Source: the human T2T-CHM13v2.0 reference genome, Homo sapiens. From it: a stretch of 64,000 nt of DNA. How positions within the stretch are numbered: the stretch's first letter is position 1; every line of letters begins with the position of its first letter. The DNA is taken from the NCBI RefSeq assembly GCF_009914755.1, contig NC_060937.1; one strand, written 5' to 3'. Of this stretch, positions 52,200 through 64,000 are shown piece by piece. Made by a program: the position numbers and the translations under genes. The notes beneath the pieces were generated by a model that saw only the letters and a list, made by a program, of their open reading frames with translations, did not search any database and had not been told where the DNA came from.

Positions 52200-54131
52200 T
52201 AAACCAGGATCAATGCTTAAGAAATATCTACATTTGTTTCTTTTCAAAGATCCATGACAGCATATGTCTCATGGTTAAAAACTGTGAACTGGGCAGTAGC
52301 GGGACATGCTCCTTTTCTCCTCAGGTTAGCCAAAAAGTACCAAGAATCTCCTTTGTGCTGAGCATTATGCTAGGAGCTGACCTCATACATAATCTCTTTT
52401 AACCCTCGCTATTTTCTACGCAGTGACTGTCATCCCAGTTTACGGACTCATAAATGTTAAGTGACATCTGGACTGTGTGTGTGTGTGTTTGGGATCTGAA
52501 TGTAAAACCACAGGGCTTTTTTTTCTTCACTCTGCTGTCACAGACAATGTGACTGATAGTTCCTTCTACCTGAGCTGTCCTCCTACTTCTCACCTGGCCA
52601 GATTCCCACCATCATTCAAATCTCTGTCTTAGCCCCACCTCTCCATGAATCCATCAGTGATCTATTTCTTCTGTGAACTCCTATTGTTCTTTATGTTTTA
52701 ATCACACAATCTAAGACTTGATTATCTCTTATCTTGGACCACCCACTAATTGTTTCCCGAGTCTTATCTCATCTTTCTAGAGGCGTGTGAGCTGCTTTAG
52801 CACGGGGGGAGTGTGTTCTCTGTGCTTCTCTTGTGTTCCCAAAGGTGCTGAGTGCATAATGGGGGCAGAGAAGAGCACCATAGAGGCCTCTTGAATACAT
52901 GACTGATGAATTCACCTGTGTCCTCTGTCAATTGTGAGCATCCACAGCCCAGCTTTTGTCATGTGGCACTTAAGGGCCCTTCAAATTCTCACCCCAATTT
53001 CTTGCCAGAACCACATAGAATTAGGTGAGTGGAGGGGGTTAGGATGGAGACAAAGGGGCCGTTTATCATTGTTGGTTTTTTCAGGTGTAGTGCCTTTACA
53101 TGTAATCCCATGGCAGTGAAGTATGACAGAGTGAAAAGATGAGTGAATTTGATGTTTGGAGATAAGGGGTCTAGTCCTGTCTCTTGAATAATCATTTCAT
53201 ACCTTTGATAAGGCTCTTAAACTTCCTATAACTCTACTTATTTATTCATAAAATTGAAATATTAATAGCCACATCACCTATCTTGCAGAGTTGTTGAGAG
53301 TTCAAGTAAAACAATAGATGCGCAAACATATCATAAAGAATAAAATGTAATCGGAATTGAATAGAGCCCTGTTCTCAAAATCAGTAAGACCAGTTAGTTA
53401 CACAGTTTGACCCAGTGAACATCTCACAGCTTTCCTGAGCTGCCTTCCCACTCTGGCTCCTTCATACCCCCCTAAACCAGCAATCATTTCCAGGGATTTT
53501 GGTGCCACCTTCTGAACCAGAAATCATCTTCGGGAAAACTTGAGGGGTCAGTGGGGTCAATTCATGCCCTGGTCTCTATGGTAACCCAGATATTCAAATT
53601 AATTCTACCTTGATCTGACATTTGTAATGATTTTTTTTTCTCTTGTTGAGCTCTGGTTTTACATTCTAGAGAATGAGTTTGTCTCTTCAAACCTTTCTCT
53701 CTTCTAAAGCAGAAGAGAAAGGAGGAAGGCAGGAAGGCAGTACCCTTGAATCACAGTTGCAATGGATCACTTTCTCCTTGCTGCAGGCAAAATAAAAATG
53801 TCTTCCAGGTAGAAATGAATTAGGGTGTCAGGGCCAAATCCATCTTCTTCTTCCTCTTCACTGAGCACTTCTGTACTTTCCTCTCTGCCTGGTGGAGCTG
53901 ATTCATCTGCAGTGAGCCTCATGGTGAAAATGAGGGGAGTCCAAGAAGACAGTGGCCTCTCCAATTCTTCTCCCTCATTTAAAAAAAATCCAAATCATTA
54001 AAGACCAACTCCATCTTTTCATTGTGTCTCTTAACCTATACTCTTCAGAGCCTAGAGTGTCTAACATTTGGTAAGGACTCAATATATTATCAAACAAAAT
54101 TTAAAACAAACTTTAAAAAAATAAAGACTTA

Positions 54132-54640
54132 CATTATATGGAAAAGACATTTGCACATGCATGTGTGTAGCAGCGCAATTTGAAATTGCAAAAATATGGA
54201 ACAAATCTACGTGCCCATCAACCAACGAGTGGATAGGGAAAATGTGGCATATATACACCATGGAATATGACTCAGCCATAAAGAGGAATGAAATAATGGC
54301 ATTCACAGCAACTTGGATGGAGCTGGAGGCCATTATTCTAAGTGAAGTAACTTAGGAATGAAAAACCAAATATTGTATCTTCTCACTTATAAGTGGGAGC
54401 TAAGCAATGAGGATGCAAAGGCATAAGAATGATATAATGAACTTTGGGGACCTGGGGGGAAGGGTGGGAGGGGAGGTGAGGGATAAAAGGCTACATATTG
54501 GGTGCAGTACACTGCGCAGGTGATGGGTGCACCAAAATCTCAGAAATCACCACAAAAAATCTTTTCCATGCAACCAGAAACCACCTGTTTCCCAAAAATT
54601 ATTGAAATCAAAAAAATAAAATAAAATAAAACAAAAATAA
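54132..54640 (+). mobile_element. L1 3' fragment (L1PB-like): ORF2 C-terminus + 3'UTR + A-tail
   Basis: ORF 54161-54355 (IAKIWNK..CPS..EWI.KMWHIYTMEY.SAIKRNE..AF.ATWMELE.IILSEVT) matches the L1 ORF2 end; imperfect TSD aaaataaa(ca)gactta. Confidence 0.9.
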
Positions 54641-56629
54641 ACAGACTTAAAAGAACATTTCCCAGAAATGGCAGAAAGAATATTCCCCAATGAAAGGGAT
54701 GGTTCACTAACGAATAGCATTTCCAACAGCAAGGACTATCTAGAGAACATAGATTGTGTGTGCGTGTGTGTGTGTGGTGTGTGTCTGTGTGTGTGTGTGT
54801 ATGTATGTGTCCATGTGTATTTGAGGAGTGTGACTTACTATGCTTTTATTTATTAATATAAGTCACAGACAACTTAACTCAAAGTGGCTTAAAGAAATAT
54901 AATCAGGAAATTTGTTTTCTCACATAGTAAGCAACCCAGCAGTAGATCAGGCTACCGGTGTGGTATGTCAGGGCTCCAGCTCCGCTTATTATGGCCTTTG
55001 CTTTCTTCCCTTTTGTGTGTTGGCTTCACCCTCATGATGGTAACCAAATGACCCCAGCAGTTCCAGCCATCAAATCAGTTACAGCAATGTTCAGAGGAAG
55101 AAGGGAACTATCCCTTTATATCACTTTCTAAGGATCAGGAAAACATTTCCTAAAGCACCCCAGGTAATATCTTCCTACTTCCGACTGGCCAGAGATGGAC
55201 CTAGGGTCAAGGGTCCATTCTTAATCCTGTGTAGTGCCAGGTATGAAAGTTCTGAGGGTTCCAAGTATAGGGCAAGATGCCACCTCTTAAATTCCCAATT
55301 CCAAGCAAAGAGTCCCAATGCTTGGTGACCAGTCTGGATTTCAAACATATCCCCGACTTGGGCAGATGGCAGGCAGACAGTTTGTAGTCTCTTGCCCTAC
55401 AAATCTTTCAACTAGTTTGAGTTTGATGGTGGAGACAGGAGCATGGGTAGAAAGTTCTTTGCATTCTGAGTCCCACAGAGAGATCTAGAGTATGGGACTC
55501 CAGTTCCAGGCACCTTGAAGATTCCATCACAGTGGGAGTTGCAGACAGCCTTTTTTAGTCTACTACTTTTTCAGTGAGTAACCACTAAATAAGACATAAA
55601 AACACCCACACATGCTTCTACCAAAGGCAAGCATAAGTCATTAGGCTCATATAGTATAAATTCGTTAGGAAGAGGAGGAACACATTACCAGCTGTTCAGA
55701 CAATTTGCAAGACTCTCTTTTACCATAGAGCAAGAAAGGTACTGGCTTTCAGAACAATTGACATGTGTCCTGTTTTGCAGAGCAGAGTTAACTCTTTTTC
55801 TTCAGTCCCTCTTCTTTCAAATAGTGTAATTTTTGGTCTCCTGGGAACAATAAACTGGCCTATTGCTGATTTATATAAAAGTAATGGTGGCTTCCTTAGC
55901 TAATAAAAGAACCCATGGAAGCTTTGCCAAGTAGAAGACTGATGAAATCCCGGGTGGGGAATAGCTGTCACTCCAGCAGGGTTTGGTGAAGTGAGAACGG
56001 AGATGGTGGGGGTTCTGGCTGGTTTCCCTCTTCCAGCAAGGGCTGCATGCCTTGAATTGGGACAGATCAATTCTTCTGAGAGCTGGCACCTTCTTGCTCT
56101 TTATGTGTGATCCCACTGTGGTCTAAGATTTTTTTGGCAGTGGTCCCAGGTTCTCCATTCTCCTTTTCACTTCCCTTCTCCCCTTTCCATAATGAGTTGA
56201 TGCCAGAACAAGGGACTGTGATGGAAGAAAAAATGTTAGGAATGCTCAGCAAACTTCCAAGTCTCATGATGGAAATGGTCTTCCTGGTTCAGGTACCTGT
56301 TTTCTGCCTGGTGCTCTTTCTAGGTATTAGAGATTAATACTCCGATCTCAAAGATGCAAAGCTTTGGCAGGTTTGCAACTCATAACTCTTGGGGTGTTTG
56401 AAATTTCTGTCTGGAGGAAAGGAGCATGAGGGATTTCTGTAGGACATTTGTTGGTACTATCCTAGACTAAGAAGTTTTGCAGAAATTTAGGCCTTCATTT
56501 GTTTAGCATCTGCTAGTGCCAGACAGGCAGTGGGGACAAAAAGATGAATGACAGGCCTCCTGACTTCTAGGACCTTTGAGGAGGAGACTGCAAATTTCCA
56601 TGTAAGGTGAAAAGTGTCATAATATAAAC

Positions 56630-56947
56630 ACAGTGGACCCCTCATCCATGGGGTATGCGGTCCAAGACCCTCACTGGTTGCCTGAAACCATGGATAGTAC
56701 CTAACCCTACATATTCTATGTTTTTTCTCCTATACATACATGCATATGATAAAGTTCAATTTATAAATTAGGCACAGTAAGAAATTAACAATAATAACTA
56801 ATAATAAAATACAACAGTTATGCCAGTATACTGCAATGAAAGTTAAGTAAGTGTGGTCTCTCTCTCTCTCTCAAAATATCTTATTGTGCTGTACTCAACT
56901 GTTTTCAGGCCGGGTTAACTGAAACCACAGATAAGGGGGTACAGCTG
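56630..56947. mobile_element. MER44A-like Tigger-family element
   Basis: cagtggacccctcatccatgggg ... ccacagataagggggtacagctg imperfect TIRs; internal ttataaattaggcacagtaaga. Confidence 0.75.
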
Positions 56948-59115
56948 GATACCCCTTAGGCTTTTGGAACACAAAAGAGAGGCACAGTGTCCATCCCAGA
57001 AAGTTCAGAGAGGGCTTCCAGGAGGAGATAACAGCTGAGCCAATTTTCGTGAAGTTTGGGTAGAAGTTAAGCAGGTGAAGGACTGGAGAGTGAAGGAGTG
57101 GAGAGTAGAACTTAATTGGGATGGGTGAGAAGCAAAATGAAAGACAATGAAGCCACTGGGCAATTGAAGAGAGGAAAGGAACCCCAGTAAAGATAGAGCA
57201 GAAAAGGGGGTATGGAGCTAGGGATACTGGGCTGAGGACCAACAGCAAATTCACAGTGTCTTTCAAGATCCTCCCTGTCACACCAGGGAGCAGTTCTCCA
57301 TGCTCCTTAACAGTCAAAAGTGAAGTCAACAGAAACATTATCCTTCAGAATGGCTTTCTTTGAACATCAGTAGTATAACTTGCCCTCATTTGTTTGGCAA
57401 AGGGCAGAGGGGTATGCTCCTGTGGAAACTGAGAGTAAGGTCTGAAAGGGGCAGGTCACACCATGGAGCTGTCACACCTGAGGCCTTTGGGAATCAGCCC
57501 CTCCATGGCCTGTTTCTTTTCCTACACTACACAGTGAGACGCTCTCCCTAGGAGCTCAGCTCAGTGGATGCCTACTTCTGCTTTTGGTAGTAACTACTAG
57601 TCTTCATTTACATTCAGTTCTTTTTTCCTTTCCAATACATGGATAGATTACACATCTACTCCACCCTGCAACTGGATGGGGTCACAATGCTGGTTTTAGA
57701 GCATGTGTTGTAGGCTTGGTGACGTGTGTCACATCTGGGCCAGAGCATTTAATTCCTAGTGCAAAAACCTCTAGTGGTCTCTTCCCTTTGCTACCAAAAT
57801 GAGTAGCTTTCCATATGGCATAGCTCCCAACATCTTGGGTCCTGGAGTGAGCACGAAGTAAGGCAGAGTCTCTCCCTGATCCCAATGGACATGGAATGTG
57901 AGCAAGAAATCCCTTCTTGGTTTTTTGAATTTGGAGTTGCTTGTTGGCGCAGCCTAATTGAGCCTACCCTGAAAGATACAGAGGGCTACCTTTTCCCTTG
58001 GACTTAAGACATTGCTTTCCTTTATGGCTGTTTAGTAATAAGAAGCACAACTGGCCTGGGCTTGACCAGTGTCTTTGAGGGGCCCCCAGTGGTGAAAAGA
58101 ATAGGTTTGGCAATTCTCATAAACCAGCGTCTGGGCAGAAGTCAAAGGAGAGCAGAGGGAGCTATATGCTTAGCCTATGGAGAAGCATATTGATAAGGAC
58201 TTTATGCCGCTTTTGTGTACAGAACGCAAACTGGAAGATTTCTCTGCGGTAAAACCCCATTGAACACTTCTGCACTCACAGCTGTGTGACCCTCATCTGA
58301 ACCACCCCCATCCCATGCTTACTTGGCTTACATGTAATGCTTTGGGGCTGAATTTCCAGCACATGTCTATTTTTCTAGAATCAAAAATTCCCTTTAAATT
58401 TTCTGCTCTAGCCAATATACTGAGGATCTGGGATGAAAATGTTCCATTCTTTTAACATTAGACCTTTTGGGCCTGATGGAGCCTAATCAAGGCTTGTTTT
58501 TCCATATTTACTTGGCTGCACAAAACATGAGATTGATAACCATTTTGGGTTCCTAGATGACTTGACAACTGCTTTGGATCAGCTGCACAACCAGCACAAA
58601 TAACTGCAGAAATTGGTCATTAAGATGACTGAGAAACATGTTTCAACTCGACAAGTCCATTTCACGTCAGCAAGTTGATGTGGCCAAGCCCTAGTCTGCT
58701 CTTCTTACCCAACTTTCACCTTGAGGAGGCTCTCAGCCCTCCTCCATAGCATCCAGCAGGATAATTTTCTAAAACACAGTTACAGACCTGTCACTCACTT
58801 GTCCCAAAGCCTCATGTCATTTCTGAATGCCAACAAATTAAGTGCAAAACATCTACTGGCATCAACTTCTTTATATGAGCTTTTTTCCTGAACTCTCTGT
58901 CCCCTGGCTTCTATGTGCTGTGCCCCAGTCTCACCAAAATACCACCTGCTGCCTCATTAATCGTGCATGCCCTTCCACACCTGTAATTGTGCATTCTGAT
59001 CCAGGCAGCCTTTCCCCTCTCTATCTGGTTATCTGCTCCTCATCCACGAGGTACACTCAAACATCCTCTTTAACATTCCCTCCCCTTCCTTCCCCTTCTT
59101 TTTTTGTCTTGTGTG

Positions 59116-59313
59116 TTTTTTTTTTTTTTTTTTTTTTTGAGACAGGGTATCACTCTGTCATTCAGACTGGAGTATAGTTACTGGATCAGCTCACTATAAC
59201 CTCAAACTCTGGGCTTAAGCAATCCTCCCACTTCAGCTTCTCAAGTAGCTGGGATGAACACACCACTGTGCCCAGTTAATTTATTTTACTTTTCATTTTT
59301 TGTAGAGATGGGT
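59116..59313 (-). mobile_element. Partial old Alu (right arm)
   Basis: T-tract + gagacagggtatcactctgtc...tttttgtagagatggg. Confidence 0.8.
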
Positions 59314-62300
59314 TTGTAGCCCCAGTAACTAGGGGCTATCCAAGAAATATTTAATAAGAGAAGGAGGGAGGGAGAGAGTCATCATTTTCAGTGGGGGCTA
59401 TACTAGTCGTGAGGGGAGGGGGAATGAGGAGAGGGATGACCTGTGGGTGACACTCCCAGCCCCCTAAGCATACTCCAGTGTTCCATCAGACTTCAGTTGT
59501 AAAACACAAATTAAAATATAAAATTACGAAAAACCTCCAGTGCCAAATGTGGGGGGCCTTCTGCATGCAGGGCCCTGTGTGACTGCACAGGTCTCAGGCT
59601 TGTGCTGTCTTCCAACAAGTGGCAGAGTTGGGCGCTCCCAGGCAAGTGGGCTTGGCAGAGGAGGTGGTGTTGGCTTAGCCCCTGATGTTGTCTAAAGGCA
59701 AGATCAAAACACGTATTTCAACATGTAAAACCCCAGTTCACCTTCTTGCCTCAAGTCTACCTATTCCATCTCCTCTGCCTTCCCTTTAGAGAAACAGCAA
59801 TGGTCTTTCTTTGTGGTACTGGTTTTTGCTGACCATCACCTATGGGAGGAGGGGTTTGACAGTGATGTTCTGCAGACTGAAGTGGTTATGGTAAGTGAAA
59901 ATCAACACAAATAAATCCCGCTTTCTTCACTGGGGTCACATGCTGGCTTTGGGGAGACGTTTGCATCCATCTATATTTTTTACTGAGGCTTACAAAGTCA
60001 CATTATTCACATGTCACTCTTAGACATGCATTTTATTAGACATAGACCCTCTAAAAACTATCACTCTTCAGCCAGCTTTAACACCTCTGCTGCTGCACAA
60101 TTGCTGCTAACTTCACCTTCAGGCAGTGTCTTGTTTAGACAGGTCCATTTTTTTTTTTTTTACTGGGTTTATTCCTAAAAATGCCTCCTGAAAATGAATT
60201 GCTATAGAAGTGGGTTTCATTTCTTCAGATATATATATATTATTATATATAATATAAAAGCACGAATAAATTGCATCTTGCATAATACTCCATGGCTGAC
60301 TGTAAGTGTTCCTCATGCATTTCAAATTGTATGAACATTGCCTAAGAGTCCATTTCTGATGCATTACATACTTTATCTAAAATTATAGTGCTGGCTGTAG
60401 GAAATATTAATTAAACTCTTAATTAGCTCATGGAATTTTTGTTAATTAATAGAACGAATTGGATGATGTAAATCTCCTTTAAAAATTATTCAGTCAAAAA
60501 GCATCAAGTTCCTTAAAAAGTCCAAGTCCTTTCACAGAGAAATTCTATCCTAGAGAAATCAGCATTGGTGATAAACCTCTATGTAAAAAGATGTATACCG
60601 AAGTGTTATTTGCAATTGCCAAGCACAGAAAACAACTTAGGTGTGGCACATAGGAATGGTTATGTAAGTGATGGCATTAGAAAGACAGTCTAGTCTAATG
60701 GTTAAGGGTGGGCTCTGAAGTCAGCTAGGTCTGAGTTTGAAAGCCAGCTCTTTCACTTACTAATTTTCTGACCTGGGGGATAAGTTAGTATTCTCATCCA
60801 TATATTATTAATTACCTATTGCGAAATAAAATACTACCCCACAACTCGGAGGCCTTAAACAACAATCGTTCATTGTCATCGCTCACACAGGTGCATGTAT
60901 GCTGGACTTGGCTGGGCAGCTTTGCTTCTCACTGCTCCACATCGATTGTCCTCTTCTCTTAACCTAGTGGGATAGACAGAGCATGTTCTTGACATGGTGA
61001 TAGGAGAGCCACAAGAGTGAAAAGTGAAAACACATAAGACAATGTCACATTGTAATTTCCACCTCATTCTATTGATGAAAGCAAGTCACACTGGCCAAAC
61101 CCAAGTCAAGGAGTGAAAAACAAAATTGCACAGTAAAAGGCATGATCCTATAGCACCTTGGCACCATTGACCTTTTGGGTTCTTCATTGTAATACTGTCC
61201 TGTGTATTGTAGGGTGTTTGGCAGCAACCCTGTGTCCCTTTACACACTGGATGTCAGTAGCACTCCAACAGTTGGAACAACCAAAAATATCTCCAAACAT
61301 TGTCAAATGTGCCCTGGAGAGTGGACAGGAGAATCGGTTCTTGGCTCTACAAAAGGGTGAAGAATTAGGTACAATAATAAAATCTGCCACTGTGGGCTAT
61401 AATATTATCGACCTTATATTGTGTTTGGAATAATTGAATTCAATTGCTCTTATTTTAATGAATGTTTAATAAATGTTAGTTTTATTATAGCCATATAATG
61501 TAGTTATTAAAATTAGATTCTTGAAGGATTTTTAATATCATGGGAAAATGTGTAGGTATGCTTTTAAGTAAAAAAGAAAGGATTTGAAACAATATATACA
61601 CCAAAAAACAAAGTTTATAAAAATAAGGTACAGATACAATAAGCTATTAAAAGGTGATTTTCTAGTTTGGTCTAATTAGTATAATTCTCATTGTCTTTAT
61701 GTTTTTCTGTTTTTTCCCCCAAATTTCTCACAATGAGACTGTATTTATTTCTTTAATTAGAAAACAAGTTTCACACAAAAATATACACAGCATAAAATAT
61801 GTTCAGGATGCTCCAGGCTGGCTCTTTTCTCCCCCTCCACCACTCAAATATTTCCTTAAAGCAAGAAGAACCTTTAAAAAATCATTCTATTACCTTGATT
61901 CTTTAGAGAAATATCGTTATAGGTGGCCAATAAGTAAATTTGTTGTTGATGATTTTATTTCTTGCAGTAAATAGCACTTACAAAGTTGAGAATATATTAA
62001 ATTGGATTTTAAAGAGTTTTACAATATAAAAATATTAAGTATTGGAGATTATGTGAGGATGGAGCAGATTTACATACTGCAGCCAGAATTACAAATTGCT
62101 ACAATCTTTCTATAAGGCATTTGGCTTCCTTTAAAGTGTTTGTACACAACATTTCCATTTCTAAGTCTCTATCTCTCTCAAGTAAATAATCCAGAGATGT
62201 ATGTAAAAACTGCTAAATAAAAATGTTCACTAAAGCATTATATACTGCTGCCAAAATTGGGAAACAATGTTCAATGACAGAGGAATATGATGAAATATCC

Positions 62301-62369
62301 TACAGCCAATAAAAATTTTGTTTGAAAAATCATTTAAGGATATTGGGAAATACTCATCATTCAACAGTG

Positions 62370-64000
62370 TGGAAGAGTTGCTCCTGCTATCTATTTAGGC
62401 ATCTTGGATTCAGTAGTAGACTCCCACTCCCACCAAGTTTTAGCAAGGCACAGGTTTCCCTGCCTGCCTTGAAATTGAGATGAGACCAGAAATGACATGA
62501 GTATCTTGAGTCACATCCATCAAAGAAAGCAACTGCCTGCCCCCTCCTTCCTCTCCACTCACCCTAGGCCAGACTGCAGATGCGGTACTTGTGAGCAAGC
62601 TTGAATAAGGCATCTAGGCTGGTACCCTAGCAGGTGAAGAAGCAACAAGACCACAGAGACCTGAGTTCCTGCATGGCCTCATAAACAGAGATGCTTTCAC
62701 ATCCCCAACTCCTTATCTTGTGAGAGAAAAAAATCAATCTATCTTCCAATACTGTGTTTTGGGGCCTTGTGTAAGAGTAGGTTAGCCTGAATCATGGCTA
62801 AACATAAATTGGTACCAGAAATAGTACCCTGCAGGGGAAACAAAAATGCAAACTATATCTTTCTTGTGTAACAATTGTGTTATAGGCAGCAAGGAGACAG
62901 ATATTGCAGGCTGCAAAGCTGGTGACCTCTCTCAAACCACAGCAAAGCATTTGGTAAAACTGGTCCTATGATAACTTTGAAGGCAGGTTATCTATTTACC
63001 AAGCCTGGAGCTCTGGGGGAAACAGTGAAACAAAATTGGAATGTTGGTTTCTGCTGGCTGCTGCTCCTTGCTGCTTTTAGTAGACAGAGATGAATAGAGA
63101 GATGAAGTTTGGCAAGAATGTGTCAGTTTGCAAGTAGAGGTGGAAGGAAATACAACTCTGATAAGGATGTCTCCTGTGCTTGGGACTACAGTGTGAATTG
63201 ACTGTCCAGTAATTTAAGCTTCATGGAGCTGGAAAATTGGACTGCTTCAGCACCATAAGCAGAAAGAGATAATACTGTGTCTATGAGCCTTCCTCCAGGG
63301 CCCCTTCATGGAACCATGGGAGCCAATCCAATAGCAAATATAAAATTAAACATATCGTTGACTCACCCAAGCCTGTTATTTCAGATGGCCTCAAAGTTGC
63401 TACTGAGTTAGAAAGAAAATAGTCCAAGGACAGAGCTGAGGAAATAAATGAGAGAAACTTAAGATTTATGCAGACAAGACCTTTGGCTATCCTTCCATGT
63501 TCATGGAAATGACTGAAAGCAAACAGTCCAGAAAACTGCTAAGAATTTTGAAAGAATTATGGGATCAAAGAAACCACAAACCTGGCCTGCAAAAGCTGTA
63601 ATTTTCTGATCCCTAAGGCAACCCCCAGGAAGGAAAGTTGTCCATCCCCAAGGAAGGCATGTTTTCCCACACTCACTTTAGTTGTGGCCACAGAAGTGAA
63701 TGGACAAGCAGAGTCTCAAAGAGGTCAGTGGACAAAGGAGTTTCTGCCAGAGGGGAGAACTTGTGTCTACTGACCAAGGAATTTTCTGCATTGGCTGAGA
63801 CTTGTCACAATTTCACTTGTCACAATTTCTTCCCAATAAGATTGCATTATTATTTAGGACCATAATGACTCTGTTTCCCATTCACCTTTTCTCCAAACGG
63901 GAGTTTTTATCGCTGCTCTCCTGTTTGACTCCATTATTGAACCATTAAGTATGAGGAAGGTGCCAGGAAACATGCTTATTAGTCTATAAGTCCTCAGATC
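62370..64000 (+). mobile_element. Old MaLR (MLT1-type) LTR followed by degraded internal sequence
   Basis: LTR-like end (ttggggccttgtgtaagagtaggttagcctgaatcatggctaaaca) followed by aattggtaccag and MLT1-internal-like sequence. Confidence 0.45.

Noticed and set aside
53692-53722. Imperfect hairpin cctttctctcttct-aaagc-agaagagaaagg
   Set aside because: Low-complexity pyrimidine/purine pairing, short; likely chance.
54161-54355. ORF similar to L1 ORF2 C-terminus
   Set aside because: Truncated retroelement fragment; annotated as L1, not as a gene.

Overview
Mammalian (human-type) genomic DNA containing the complete protein-coding part of TNFSF11 (RANKL/TRANCE/OPGL) on the + strand. It has a CpG-island promoter with CCAAT and TATA-like boxes, five coding exons (6218-6436, 13047-13214, 32690-32735, 32821-32919, 38435-38856; 954 nt = 317 aa + stop, all introns GT-AG) and a ~1.1 kb AU-rich 3'UTR with two AATAAA signals. 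The rest is intronic or intergenic and rich in Alu, L1, L2/MIR, LTR (MaLR, ERV1) and DNA-transposon relics. Repeat family names are from memory of consensus sequences, not from a search. Most notable observations: (1) the 85-bp intron 3 holds a strong-Kozak ATG in frame with exons 4-5 that encodes a signal-peptide-like leader, downstream of a TATA-like box, which could give a directly secreted RANKL; (2) an ungapped 300-bp locally templated insertion sits inside a MER50-like LTR, within a multi-layer transposon nest; (3) there is a canonical G-quadruplex motif in the 5'UTR, an intronic CTCF motif, candidate alternative upstream exons, a tiny L1 insertion with an apparent 3' transduction just past the poly(A) site, and two unrelated 71-bp tandem duplications. 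All functional claims for these are hypotheses.
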